This document shows positions 1 to 8,157 of a stretch of 34,301 nucleotides of DNA, piece after piece. The notes under the pieces were generated by a model. It worked only from the letters and a program-made list of their open reading frames with translations. It was not told the DNA's origin and did not search any database. Within the stretch, counting starts at the first letter, position 1. Every line of letters starts with the position of its first letter. Source of the stretch: Candidatus Njordarchaeota archaeon (GTDB lineage: Archaea; Asgardarchaeota; Njordarchaeia; Njordarchaeales; Njordarchaeaceae); the NCBI GenBank assembly GCA_029856055.1, contig JAHQWF010000002.1:1-34301 (forward strand), given 5' to 3'. The translations under genes and the position numbers were made by a program.

Positions 1-7
1 TTAATAA

Positions 8-272
8 GTTTCAAGAATAAGTCTCCCATAAAGGGAATTGAAAGATTACGTAAAAGCGCCATTCAAACCATTACCGATAATGGTTTCAAGAATAAGTCTC
101 CCATAAAGGGAATTGAAAGTGCTAACACTCAACTATGGCGAGACTGGTAGCGGGATAACGTTTCAAGAATAAGTCTCCCATAAAGGGAATTGAAAGATAT
201 ACATAACTACTTATCTACTTCTTATTGAGGTGAATGTTTCAAGAATGAGTCTCCCATAAAGGGAATTGAAAG
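8..272 (+). CRISPR. CRISPR array, terminal part (4 repeats, 3 complete spacers); the array continues beyond the left edge
   Basis: The 37-nt repeat GTTTCAAGAATAAGTCTCCCATAAAGGGAATTGAAAG occurs identically at 8-44, 83-119 and 160-196, and with one A>G change (AATGAGTC) at 236-272. Unique spacers of 38, 40 and 39 nt lie at 45-82, 120-159 and 197-235. The repeat ends in ATTGAAAG, the 8-nt crRNA 5' handle typical of Cas6-processed archaeal type I/III repeats, which puts transcription on the + strand. The mutated last repeat fits the leader-distal end. Confidence 0.95.
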
Positions 273-374
273 AAATCCTCTGGTTCGAAGCATTGTTTTT
301 TCATATAACTAATTTTTTAAAATAAACAATGGTATACCTTTGTAATATTCATTAATCATTATTTTTCTCTGAGG

Positions 375-911
375 TTGATTAAAATAAGTGTAGGCGAAGA
401 AAGGGAGAGAATATGGATTTTGGTTGATTCGATTAGATGTTCTGGATGTAGGTTGTGTGAGATAGCATGCTCGTTAAAACATGAGGGAGTAATATGGCCT
501 GAGGCATCGAGGATAAGGGTATTTGAGTACATTCCGTCTGCTTCAGTTCCTCATTTATGTGTTCAATGTCCTGATTACCCATGCGTTAATGCTTGTCCTA
601 CGAAAGCACTTTCTGTCAATGAAGATACTGGAGCTGTGATTGTGGATGATGAGAAATGTATTCAATGTGGTTTATGTATTGATGCTTGTCCCGGCGATGT
701 ACCTAGAATTCCTAGAGGCAAGAAAACTGTTGTAATATGTGATTTATGCGGTGGTGAACCAGAGTGCGTTAAGGTATGTCAGGAAGCAGGTTACAATGCT
801 TTGCAACTCGTTAAGGGTAGATACAGAGCTGTTTATAGAACTTTCGCTAAGTCACCTTTGGAGAAGAGTATTGATGTAGCAAAGAAAACATTTGAGAAGG
901 AGGTGTTTTAA
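375..911 (+). CDS. Four-cluster [4Fe-4S] ferredoxin-like electron-transfer subunit (DmsB/NrfC-like poly-ferredoxin), partner of the downstream AOR-family enzyme
   Basis: 178-aa ORF with a TTG start preceded by GAGG. It has sixteen Cys in four motifs: CSGCRLCEIAC, CVQCPDYPCVNACP, CIQCGLCIDACP and CDLCGGEPECVKVC. Its stop abuts the next start (TAA-ATG at 909-914). Confidence 0.85.
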   Translation: MIKISVGEERERIWILVDSIRCSGCRLCEIACSLKHEGVIWPEASRIRVFEYIPSASVPHLCVQCPDYPCVNACPTKALSVNEDTGAVIVDDEKCIQCGLCIDACPGDVPRIPRGKKTVVICDLCGGEPECVKVCQEAGYNALQLVKGRYRAVYRTFAKSPLEKSIDVAKKTFEKEVF

Positions 912-2795
912 ATGCCGTATGGTTATCACGGAAACCTTATCGATGTAGACTTAAGCAGTAAATCAATTAGAATAAGAGATGTTGATCCTGAAGTTTTCAG
1001 AAATTGGCTGGGGGGCAGGGGTTTAGGTACGTACTTACTTTGGAGAGAGCTAGGGGAGAAATGGGAGGAAGTAGATCCGTTAGGACCGGAAAACATATTG
1101 CTGATACTTACAGGCCCTTTAACAGGTTATTATCCTGGTATGAAAACTGCAGTGGTATCAAAATCACCTGAGTCTTGTGGTGTTGTTGGTTCAGTTTTAT
1201 CTAGTGAGGTGGGAATAGAACTGAAAGCAGCTGGATATAATGGAATAATTTTGAGAAATGTTAGTGATGAGCCTGTTTATTTGCTTGTTCATGATGATCA
1301 TATAGAGCTTAGAGATGCATCAAAGTACTGGGGTAAGAAAGGGTCCGAGTTTTTGCCCGAACTAACTAAGGAGAGCTATGATGTTATCAAGGATCTAAAT
1401 AAGAGGAGCGGGCTACCTAAGGAACCAGCTATAATGTATATTGGTCCTGGAGGAGAAAATAAGGTTCGATTTGCGTGCATAATGGCTAAGTATGTTCATG
1501 CAGCAGGTTATGGTGGTTACGGTGCGGTTATGGGTTCTAAGAAATTAAAAGCAATAGTTGTTAAGGGTAATGGTCCCTTACCAAGTATAGCTGATCGAGA
1601 GAAATTCAGGAGCCTTCTCAATGAGATTTACCAGAGATTGTTTAGTGCTACTACTTTTCGGACTTGGGGCACTGGTTCTGGTGGCTATAATGTTGGAGCT
1701 GTCAGTTCCAGCGAACCAATTAGAAATTGGCAAGAGGAATGGCATAATAACCCAGAAATCAGTGTAGTCAACTTCGAGAACAGAACTTGGGTTAAGCGAT
1801 TCTGGGGAGATTATGGCTGTCCAATAACCTGTATGAAACTATCCTATGTTAAGTACGGAAAATACAAAGGCGCTTTTAGTGATGCACCAGACTATGAATT
1901 ACAGGCGTATGTTGGGACGAATTTAGGTATATTTGAGCCTGAGAAAATAGTTTATTTGTCATGGCTAGTTGATGAGAATGGTTTAGATGGGATAAATACT
2001 GGTAATTTATTAGGTTTTGTTGCTGAATTGGTTCAAAGAGGGATACTTACGAAGGAAGATTTAGATGGTATTGATCTTGAATGGGGTGACGCGGACGCAT
2101 TCGCAAAACTTCTGGATAAAATAATTAAGCGTGAAGGTATGGGTGATGTCTTGGCAGAAGGTACATATAGAGCGGCAATAAAACTTGGTGAAAAGAAGGG
2201 TGTTGATCTACTAAAATACGCGGTTCAAGTGAAGGGTATTGGTGTGGGTGCGCACGGAATAAGGAGTAAACTAGATTATACTGGTCCAATAGCATATGTT
2301 GTTTCTGTACAGGGAGGAGACCATACATCAGTGGCTGATCTACCAGGTAGAAGTCCTAGTGGTGAATTAGAAGCTATTTTTGATGATTCTGCAGTGATCT
2401 GCTCTTTTACCTCATGGATAGGTTTCGATAATTTGATAGAATTCACTAATGCTATTACTGGATGGGGCATCACGGTGGATGAATGGGTTAATAAAATTGG
2501 ATTAAGGATTCTTCATTTACAGAGAATATTATTGCTTCTTGGTGGTCCTGATGTTTATTGGGATCCAAGAGTGCATGACGATAATCCCCCAAGGTTCTAT
2601 GAACCGCTTCCTTCTGGACCTTACAAGGGTAAAGCCGCGTCTAAGGAAGAAGTTAATGAACTTAAGAGGGAGTATTATGATGAAATAGGTTATGATGAAT
2701 ATGGTTTGCCTAGGCCAGATGTGTTAGATGATCTAGGTATTGGTGAGGCTAAGAGAGAGTTAGAACGCATTAAGGGTAGATTGGGGATCAAGTGA
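912..2795 (+). CDS. Aldehyde:ferredoxin oxidoreductase (AOR) family tungstopterin enzyme, divergent subtype
   Basis: 627 aa with a strong AGGAGGTG ribosome-binding site upstream. AOR-family blocks are present: GGRGLGTYLLW, GPGGENKVRFACIM, GAVMGSKKLKAIVVKG, VDENGLDGIN and PRFYEPLPSGP. It aligns by eye along its full length with the canonical AOR at 6144-7997, but the Fe-S ligand positions deviate (see findings). Confidence 0.9.
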   Translation: MPYGYHGNLIDVDLSSKSIRIRDVDPEVFRNWLGGRGLGTYLLWRELGEKWEEVDPLGPENILLILTGPLTGYYPGMKTAVVSKSPESCGVVGSVLSSEVGIELKAAGYNGIILRNVSDEPVYLLVHDDHIELRDASKYWGKKGSEFLPELTKESYDVIKDLNKRSGLPKEPAIMYIGPGGENKVRFACIMAKYVHAAGYGGYGAVMGSKKLKAIVVKGNGPLPSIADREKFRSLLNEIYQRLFSATTFRTWGTGSGGYNVGAVSSSEPIRNWQEEWHNNPEISVVNFENRTWVKRFWGDYGCPITCMKLSYVKYGKYKGAFSDAPDYELQAYVGTNLGIFEPEKIVYLSWLVDENGLDGINTGNLLGFVAELVQRGILTKEDLDGIDLEWGDADAFAKLLDKIIKREGMGDVLAEGTYRAAIKLGEKKGVDLLKYAVQVKGIGVGAHGIRSKLDYTGPIAYVVSVQGGDHTSVADLPGRSPSGELEAIFDDSAVICSFTSWIGFDNLIEFTNAITGWGITVDEWVNKIGLRILHLQRILLLLGGPDVYWDPRVHDDNPPRFYEPLPSGPYKGKAASKEEVNELKREYYDEIGYDEYGLPRPDVLDDLGIGEAKRELERIKGRLGIK

Positions 2796-2801
2796 TTATT
2801 A

Positions 2802-3050
2802 ATGATTATTAAAGTACGTTTTTATGGTGATCTAGCTAGAGAAATTGGGACCTTGCAAATAGTATTAAAACTCGATAAACCAATTGCTATCAGGGAGGTT
2901 TTAGAGAAATTACTTAGAGAAAAAAACATCAAGTTTAAGGAAATCCTTAATGACTATACTATAATAGTCAACGGAATGAGTGTGAAATTGGATTACATAG
3001 TAAAGGATTCTTGCGAAATAAAGATAATTCCGATAGTTCGAGGTGGATAA
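2802..3050 (+). CDS. moaD: MoaD/ThiS-family ubiquitin-like sulfur-carrier protein
   Basis: 82 aa with N-terminus MIIKVRFYGDLAREIG, typical of MoaD, and a C-terminal diglycine (..IPIVRGG-stop). It lies 6 nt downstream of the AOR-like gene. Confidence 0.8.
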   Translation: MIIKVRFYGDLAREIGTLQIVLKLDKPIAIREVLEKLLREKNIKFKEILNDYTIIVNGMSVKLDYIVKDSCEIKIIPIVRGG

Positions 3051-3076
3051 AAAGATAAAGTTTATTAACGGTTAAA

Positions 3077-3087
3077 TTTTTATTTTT
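3077..3087 (+). terminator. T-tract (archaeal-type) terminator candidate after the ferredoxin/AOR/MoaD operon
   Basis: TTTTTATTTTT lies about 27 nt after the moaD-like stop. Confidence 0.35.
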
Positions 3088-3109
3088 CTGGCGACTTTTA
3101 ACCCATCTA

Positions 3110-4390
3110 TTGCATGAGGCTTATATAATGCCTATTTACTCTACTTTGCGATCGTTAACTAGATTATTTTCATATAGGTTTATTTCACGACTAATTAACT
3201 CTCTTCCTGATAAAGTAAATCACAAAAAAATGATTCATTCCGTAAAATCGAGAAGAATCGCCTTATATGTTCACATACCATATTGTCTAGAACCAGTGTG
3301 TAGATTTTGCTGCTTTGTTAGATATCCTCTTAGGAGTGATAGCGATCTAATAAGCTATGCTCGTGCATTAGTGAATGAAATTGATTGGTATAGTTCTAAT
3401 TTAGAAAATGCATCAGTTGGGTCTATATATTTTGGCGGCGGAACCCCAACTGTAAATATCTCGCTTCTAGGTGAATTAATTGATGTATTGCGATCATATT
3501 TTGGCATGGTTCCCATCACGGTGGAATCAAATCCTAGAACATTAATTAACGGTGGTTTAGATCAGCTTAAATTATTGAAAATCAATCGGTTAAGCATCGG
3601 AATTCAAAGTTTCCAAGATTGGAAGCTGAAGAGGATGGGGAGATATTCTCTTCCCATTGAGGAAAACAAGAAAATAATAAGAGAAGCCTTAGGTAAATTC
3701 GATACAGTTAATATAGATTTGGTTTGGGGAATTCCCGGAGAGAACGAGCGATCAGTCATATACGATGTTGTCACAGCATTTAATCTAGGTGTTGATCAAG
3801 CTACTTTTTATCCGATAATGCCTCCACCAATGAAGAGTAAAGTTATGCCAGATTATGTTTCTCTACCAATCTCTAGAGAGTTAAAGTTGTATAGAACTTT
3901 ACTTTCAACTGTTTTATCTTACGATTATAGACCAGATACACCTTGGTGCATGAGTAAGATGAGTAATAGCCAGCAATTGATAGATGAATATATTACTGAG
4001 TACTATGATTTCATTGGAATTGGTGTGAGTAGTATTGGTAAGATTAGAGATTATGTTTATGTCGATACTTTTTCCCCAGAGAAATACGTAAAAATGATAA
4101 AGAAAAGAGGTTACAGCGTTTCTCGTTCTATGAAACTTAATAAAATTGATTCTGATTTATTCGATATCGATTCTTCCCTCTTTGGATTAAATATTAGAAA
4201 ACCAATTTCTATTAAATCATTCACTTCCTTTCTCCTGTGGAGTTTAGCTCAGTTAATGTTTTTCAGTTTAAGTAGGTTAATTAATGTTCGAGAAAACGCA
4301 AATATACTTTATGCCTTGCATTTAGTTCAGAAAACACTTTACAGTGGAATGAATGCATTGAGAGAGATTGGTATAAAACACAAAATATAG
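3110..4390 (+). CDS. Radical SAM protein, HemN/HemW-like (oxygen-independent coproporphyrinogen oxidase-like family)
   Basis: 426 aa with family blocks LYVHIPYCLEPVCRFCCF, YFGGGTPT, VESNPRT, NRLSIGIQSF and IDLVWGIPGE. The start may be the ATG at 3128 (MPIYSTL) rather than the TTG at 3110. Confidence 0.8.
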   Translation: MHEAYIMPIYSTLRSLTRLFSYRFISRLINSLPDKVNHKKMIHSVKSRRIALYVHIPYCLEPVCRFCCFVRYPLRSDSDLISYARALVNEIDWYSSNLENASVGSIYFGGGTPTVNISLLGELIDVLRSYFGMVPITVESNPRTLINGGLDQLKLLKINRLSIGIQSFQDWKLKRMGRYSLPIEENKKIIREALGKFDTVNIDLVWGIPGENERSVIYDVVTAFNLGVDQATFYPIMPPPMKSKVMPDYVSLPISRELKLYRTLLSTVLSYDYRPDTPWCMSKMSNSQQLIDEYITEYYDFIGIGVSSIGKIRDYVYVDTFSPEKYVKMIKKRGYSVSRSMKLNKIDSDLFDIDSSLFGLNIRKPISIKSFTSFLLWSLAQLMFFSLSRLINVRENANILYALHLVQKTLYSGMNALREIGIKHKI

Positions 4391-4401
4391 TTAATCTCAT
4401 T

Positions 4402-5718
4402 TTATATTATGCATTTTGCTATACCGACACTATATAAGCATTCTGAGCATGATGGTTCGTTGCCATAGCAATCCATCTTATTATTCCTTGTGAACCAGCA
4501 TCCTAGAGTGGAGTAGGGGCAGTCACCGCACCATGGTACATTATCACTGATATTCTTTAATCTTTCACGCAAATCTAAGTATTGCTTTGAGTTCCATATC
4601 TCCTCTATAGTTTGTTTTGATACGTTTCCTAATATTACTTCGTTATCCATTCTTATATGATTATTAACGTATATTGGGTGGCTGTAGATAAAATTAAAGC
4701 ATGGTGTCACTTTACCATCATGTCTAATGACCATTGCTTCTTTCTCAATGTATGGGCATGACCGCTTCTTGGTATTTACAAATATCTCTGGTATATCAAT
4801 TAATATGCCATTAGATTCCGTAATCTCTTTGACTATCTTAAAGTTCTCTTCCGCTTTCTTGATTAATCTTATGGTATCACGCTTCTCAATTAAAAGAGGG
4901 AGATTAACCTCTAACCCCAGTCTTTTAGCTTGGTTCCAAATCTCTTTCAAACTCAATTCACTTTCCCTACTCAATAAATGCCCATACATAAATGAGTAAC
5001 TTTCGTAAACAGCTCTTCTAACGATTTCCCAATCTAACCTAGCGATGTCACCTACCATTTCTATTATCTCTCTACTTACGGTTAAGTAAGCTGTGTCGTG
5101 AGAAATTAGTTCTGTGTAAGGAATCATCTGCGATACAACTATGTAATCTACACCGATTTCACTCATGTTTTTTACTAGATCTGGTAAATCGTCTATGTTT
5201 GATTTCATTACTACAGCTTCAACTCCGAGTTTGAAGTCGTAATCTAGCTTCTTTTTAAGCTCAGCGACATATTTTAGATTCTTGAAAATAACTTCGCTCA
5301 CAGCACCTATCCTAATTCTTTCAAGCTTCGCGAAGTCTGTTGTATCCACGGAGAAAGATATCTCATCAACTTTATATGTTTTTAATAATTTATCAGCTAC
5401 ATCCCTATTCAATAAAGATCCATTAGTTGAGAAAAACAATTGCACATCTAATCCCATAAATTCTCTAGCCAAAGCGATCATTTGGATAAAATTAGGGTGA
5501 AATAATGGTTCTCCTTGACCATACAGTACAAGTCTTTTAACTTGCCCCTCTGCTTCTTCTATAATCTTACGGTATAAACTCATATTCATAAATCCTTGTG
5601 GAGCGGAAAAGAAATTTCTCATACACATGATGCAACCAAAGTTACATGAATTCGTTGGCTCAATTTGTAAAATCTTAGGGAAACTCAATGAAAACGCCTC
5701 AAAAAAGTTTAGAAGCAA
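4402..5718 (-). CDS. Radical SAM / SPASM-domain protein, resembling the AOR-linked cofactor-modifying (Cmo-type) proteins
   Basis: 438 aa with a TTG start. It has the canonical CX3CX2C motif (EPTNSCNFGCIMC) and GQGEPL. The Cys-rich C-terminal auxiliary-cluster region (RSCPYI..TPCFNF..WCGDCPY..GCW..CYGNEPSCSECL..KC) fits a SPASM/twitch domain. The gene sits between two AOR genes. Confidence 0.75.
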   Translation of the reverse strand: MLLNFFEAFSLSFPKILQIEPTNSCNFGCIMCMRNFFSAPQGFMNMSLYRKIIEEAEGQVKRLVLYGQGEPLFHPNFIQMIALAREFMGLDVQLFFSTNGSLLNRDVADKLLKTYKVDEISFSVDTTDFAKLERIRIGAVSEVIFKNLKYVAELKKKLDYDFKLGVEAVVMKSNIDDLPDLVKNMSEIGVDYIVVSQMIPYTELISHDTAYLTVSREIIEMVGDIARLDWEIVRRAVYESYSFMYGHLLSRESELSLKEIWNQAKRLGLEVNLPLLIEKRDTIRLIKKAEENFKIVKEITESNGILIDIPEIFVNTKKRSCPYIEKEAMVIRHDGKVTPCFNFIYSHPIYVNNHIRMDNEVILGNVSKQTIEEIWNSKQYLDLRERLKNISDNVPWCGDCPYSTLGCWFTRNNKMDCYGNEPSCSECLYSVGIAKCII

Positions 5719-5837
5719 ATTTTTGAGTTTTTTAATTCATATGGTATGAGTAAAAGTCAAGATATCGTTGTAAAATATATTTAAATTTTAATCAATCTGT
5801 TATAATAAATAGATAATGATTGATGAGATTGATTGTT

Positions 5838-6134
5838 ATGAAGGTAACAATAAAATTCTACGCTGTATTACGAGAGATTGTTGGTAAAAAAGAGGTCATA
5901 GTTGAATTAGATGATAATGATGCAAAAATTATAGATGTGCTTGAAGCAGCTAAAAAAGATATCGGCGAGCAAACGTTCAAGAAAATAATAGAATTTTATA
6001 ATAGAGAGAAAGGACCCAGATTAGTAATCTTATTAAATGGAAGAAACATAATACATCTTAAAGGGCTTGAAACTGAAGTAAAAGACGGAGACAAAATAGA
6101 TATATTCCCTCCAGCAGGAGGAGGAAAAAAATAA
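5838..6134 (+). CDS. MoaD/ThiS-like ubiquitin-fold protein with a short tail after the diglycine
   Basis: MKVTIKFYAVLREIVGKKE.. is a typical MoaD N-terminus. The ORF track begins at the TTG at 5820, but the ATG at 5838 is more plausible. The C-terminus is ..DIFPPAGGGKK-stop. Confidence 0.75.
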   Translation: MKVTIKFYAVLREIVGKKEVIVELDDNDAKIIDVLEAAKKDIGEQTFKKIIEFYNREKGPRLVILLNGRNIIHLKGLETEVKDGDKIDIFPPAGGGKK

Positions 6135-6143
6135 AGAAAAAGA

Positions 6144-7997
6144 TTAAACCTCAATACCTAATTCTTTCAACTTCTCTTTAGTTGGAACTCCGTTCTCCCA
6201 GCCTCTCAACCTATAATACTCTTCAAGCATCTTCTTAAATTCCTCCGGCTTAACCACCTCTCCTTTTGATGGGCCATCTGGTAATGGTTCATAAAGTAAT
6301 CTCTTTGGTAACGTGTCATCTTTAGCATCGAAACCATATTTAGACATTATTAATCTTTCTAAGTTGTATATTCTCTCACCAATTGTCATAATTTCGTCTT
6401 GTGTTAGATCCCAACCAGTTATGCTAGCAAGCATATCTGCATAAGCATCCGCGCCCAATGCGAATGTAACGAACAAACAGTTAACCGTAGAGTTCACCAC
6501 ACACGTGAAATCTTGGAATATCTTAGCCCACTTAGCTTTACCCTCGTAGGATAATCTATCAATTTGCTCTGGTATACCTAAGACCTCTGGAGAGACAGTA
6601 TAACCTGTTACGTGACAACCTCCTCTATTCGCTGTAGCGTAGTCCAAACCTATACCTTTGATTCCTCTTGGATCATAAGCTGGCATATCTAGTCCTTTAA
6701 CGCTCATTGATAGATCTGGAGCCCCATACATCTCAGCTAATCTTTTTGATCCTAAAGCTAGATACTTACCGAATCCTGACTTATAGGCTGTCCTCCATAT
6801 AGCTTCTACCAGTACTGCGTCGTTACCAAACCTTAGATCTAATCCTTGCAAGTCCTCTTTAGGAATTAATCTTCTCTCATATAACTCCATAGCTGTCGCT
6901 ATTGTTGCACCCATTGAAATTGTATCTATACCAAATTCATCACAATAATGATTAGCCTTTATTATTGCCTCAAGATTATGTACACCAGTATCTTGCCCGA
7001 GCGCCCAAATCGACTCATACTCTGGTCCCTCTGTGTATAATATTTGATATGGCCCACCTTCAACTCTTGATACTCTTCCACATCCTATTGCACAGCCCCA
7101 ACATGGCCTTCTATCGATTAAATACTTTTGTTCTAGTGTTTCTCCACTGATTTTTTCTGCGTCGGGGTGATAAGCTCCCTGCCAGTTCTTGTAAGGCAAT
7201 GATCCTATTCCATTAATAATATTAACGAGAATTGCTGTTCCATATTTTGGCAGTCCTTCTCCTGTAACACTATTTTCCTTAATTACTCTGAGATATTTCG
7301 CTGCTTTCTCTTTAAATTCATCAGGTTTAGCTATTGGAGGTCTCTGAGAACCTCTAACATATATGGCTTTGAGTTTCTTTGAACCCATTACTGCACCTAC
7401 GCCAGTTCTACCAGCAGCTCTATGATCATCATTCATAATATTTGCTATTAGAACCAAGTTTTCTCCAGCTGGTCCAATACATGCTACACTAGCATTATGA
7501 TTACCGTGCCTATCCTTAAGAATTCTCGTTGTATCAAATACATTCTTGCCCCATAAGTCCGAAGCATCATGAATCGTTACTTCTCCATCAATTATGCTGA
7601 TGTAAACTGGTGTATCTGATTTACCTCTTATAACTATCATGTCATAACCAGCGAACTTTAGATATGGTCCAAATTCCCCACCTGAGTTCGCGCTAGCAAC
7701 ACTGCCTGTTAGTGGTGATTTTAACGCCATCACGTGATATCTTCCGCTGCTTGGGAAAGCTGTTCCCGTCGCTGGACCGGTGGCGAATATTAAGGTATTA
7801 TCTGGTCCTAGAGGATCAATATCTTTTGGAGCTATACCTTTTAATTCAAGTCTCTTTAGATCATTATAAAATATCCAGAGTGCGTATCCTTTTCCTCCTA
7901 GATATTTTCTAGCTATTTTTTCATCTATGGGTGTCACTTTATATGTCTTATCAGAAAGATTTACTTCGAGAATTTTTCCCATGTAACCTCCTACCAT
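6144..7997 (-). CDS. aor: Tungsten-containing aldehyde:ferredoxin oxidoreductase (canonical AOR type)
   Basis: 617 aa with AOR blocks GGKGYALW, GPAGENLV, AAGRTGVGAVMGSKKLKAIYVRG, the CX2CX3C cluster motif RPCWGCAIGCGR, CDEFGIDTIS, NRGGCHVTGY and LLYEPLPDGP. GGAGGT lies before the second ATG at 7982, so the true start may be 7982 (MGKILEVNL). Confidence 0.93.
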   Translation of the reverse strand: MVGGYMGKILEVNLSDKTYKVTPIDEKIARKYLGGKGYALWIFYNDLKRLELKGIAPKDIDPLGPDNTLIFATGPATGTAFPSSGRYHVMALKSPLTGSVASANSGGEFGPYLKFAGYDMIVIRGKSDTPVYISIIDGEVTIHDASDLWGKNVFDTTRILKDRHGNHNASVACIGPAGENLVLIANIMNDDHRAAGRTGVGAVMGSKKLKAIYVRGSQRPPIAKPDEFKEKAAKYLRVIKENSVTGEGLPKYGTAILVNIINGIGSLPYKNWQGAYHPDAEKISGETLEQKYLIDRRPCWGCAIGCGRVSRVEGGPYQILYTEGPEYESIWALGQDTGVHNLEAIIKANHYCDEFGIDTISMGATIATAMELYERRLIPKEDLQGLDLRFGNDAVLVEAIWRTAYKSGFGKYLALGSKRLAEMYGAPDLSMSVKGLDMPAYDPRGIKGIGLDYATANRGGCHVTGYTVSPEVLGIPEQIDRLSYEGKAKWAKIFQDFTCVVNSTVNCLFVTFALGADAYADMLASITGWDLTQDEIMTIGERIYNLERLIMSKYGFDAKDDTLPKRLLYEPLPDGPSKGEVVKPEEFKKMLEEYYRLRGWENGVPTKEKLKELGIEV

Positions 7998-8157
7998 TTT
8001 ATTACACCGTTATTATTAAAAAGGGTTAAAAAAATGTTGTTCATTATATGTCAATGTTATTTTGAATTTAAATTTTTTCCATAAATAGGAGATATTATTT
8101 TAAAAAATTATTATTAAATAGAAAAATAGTCGAGAGTTCTATTTTAAAAATTAAAAA

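Noticed and set aside
273-374. A CRISPR leader downstream of the last repeat, and cas genes adjacent to the array
   Set aside because: The repeat orientation (ATTGAAAG at the 3' end) and the mutated terminal repeat indicate that this is the trailer side. The next genes are metabolic, and no cas-like ORF was found anywhere in the window.
2125-2473. Two minus-strand ORFs (67 and 65 aa) inside the AOR-like gene
   Set aside because: They are fully antisense to a strongly supported 627-aa CDS. Their composition is odd (His/Pro/Leu-rich) and they lack start context. They are shadow ORFs.
4727-5500. Plus-strand ORFs 4727-4999 and 5282-5500 inside the SPASM radical-SAM gene
   Set aside because: They are antisense shadows of a well-supported CDS, with low-complexity Ser/Leu/Ile-rich translations.
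6965-7912. Plus-strand ORFs 6965-7150 and 7712-7912 inside the canonical aor gene
   Set aside because: They are antisense to a CDS with family motifs along its full length. They are shadow ORFs.
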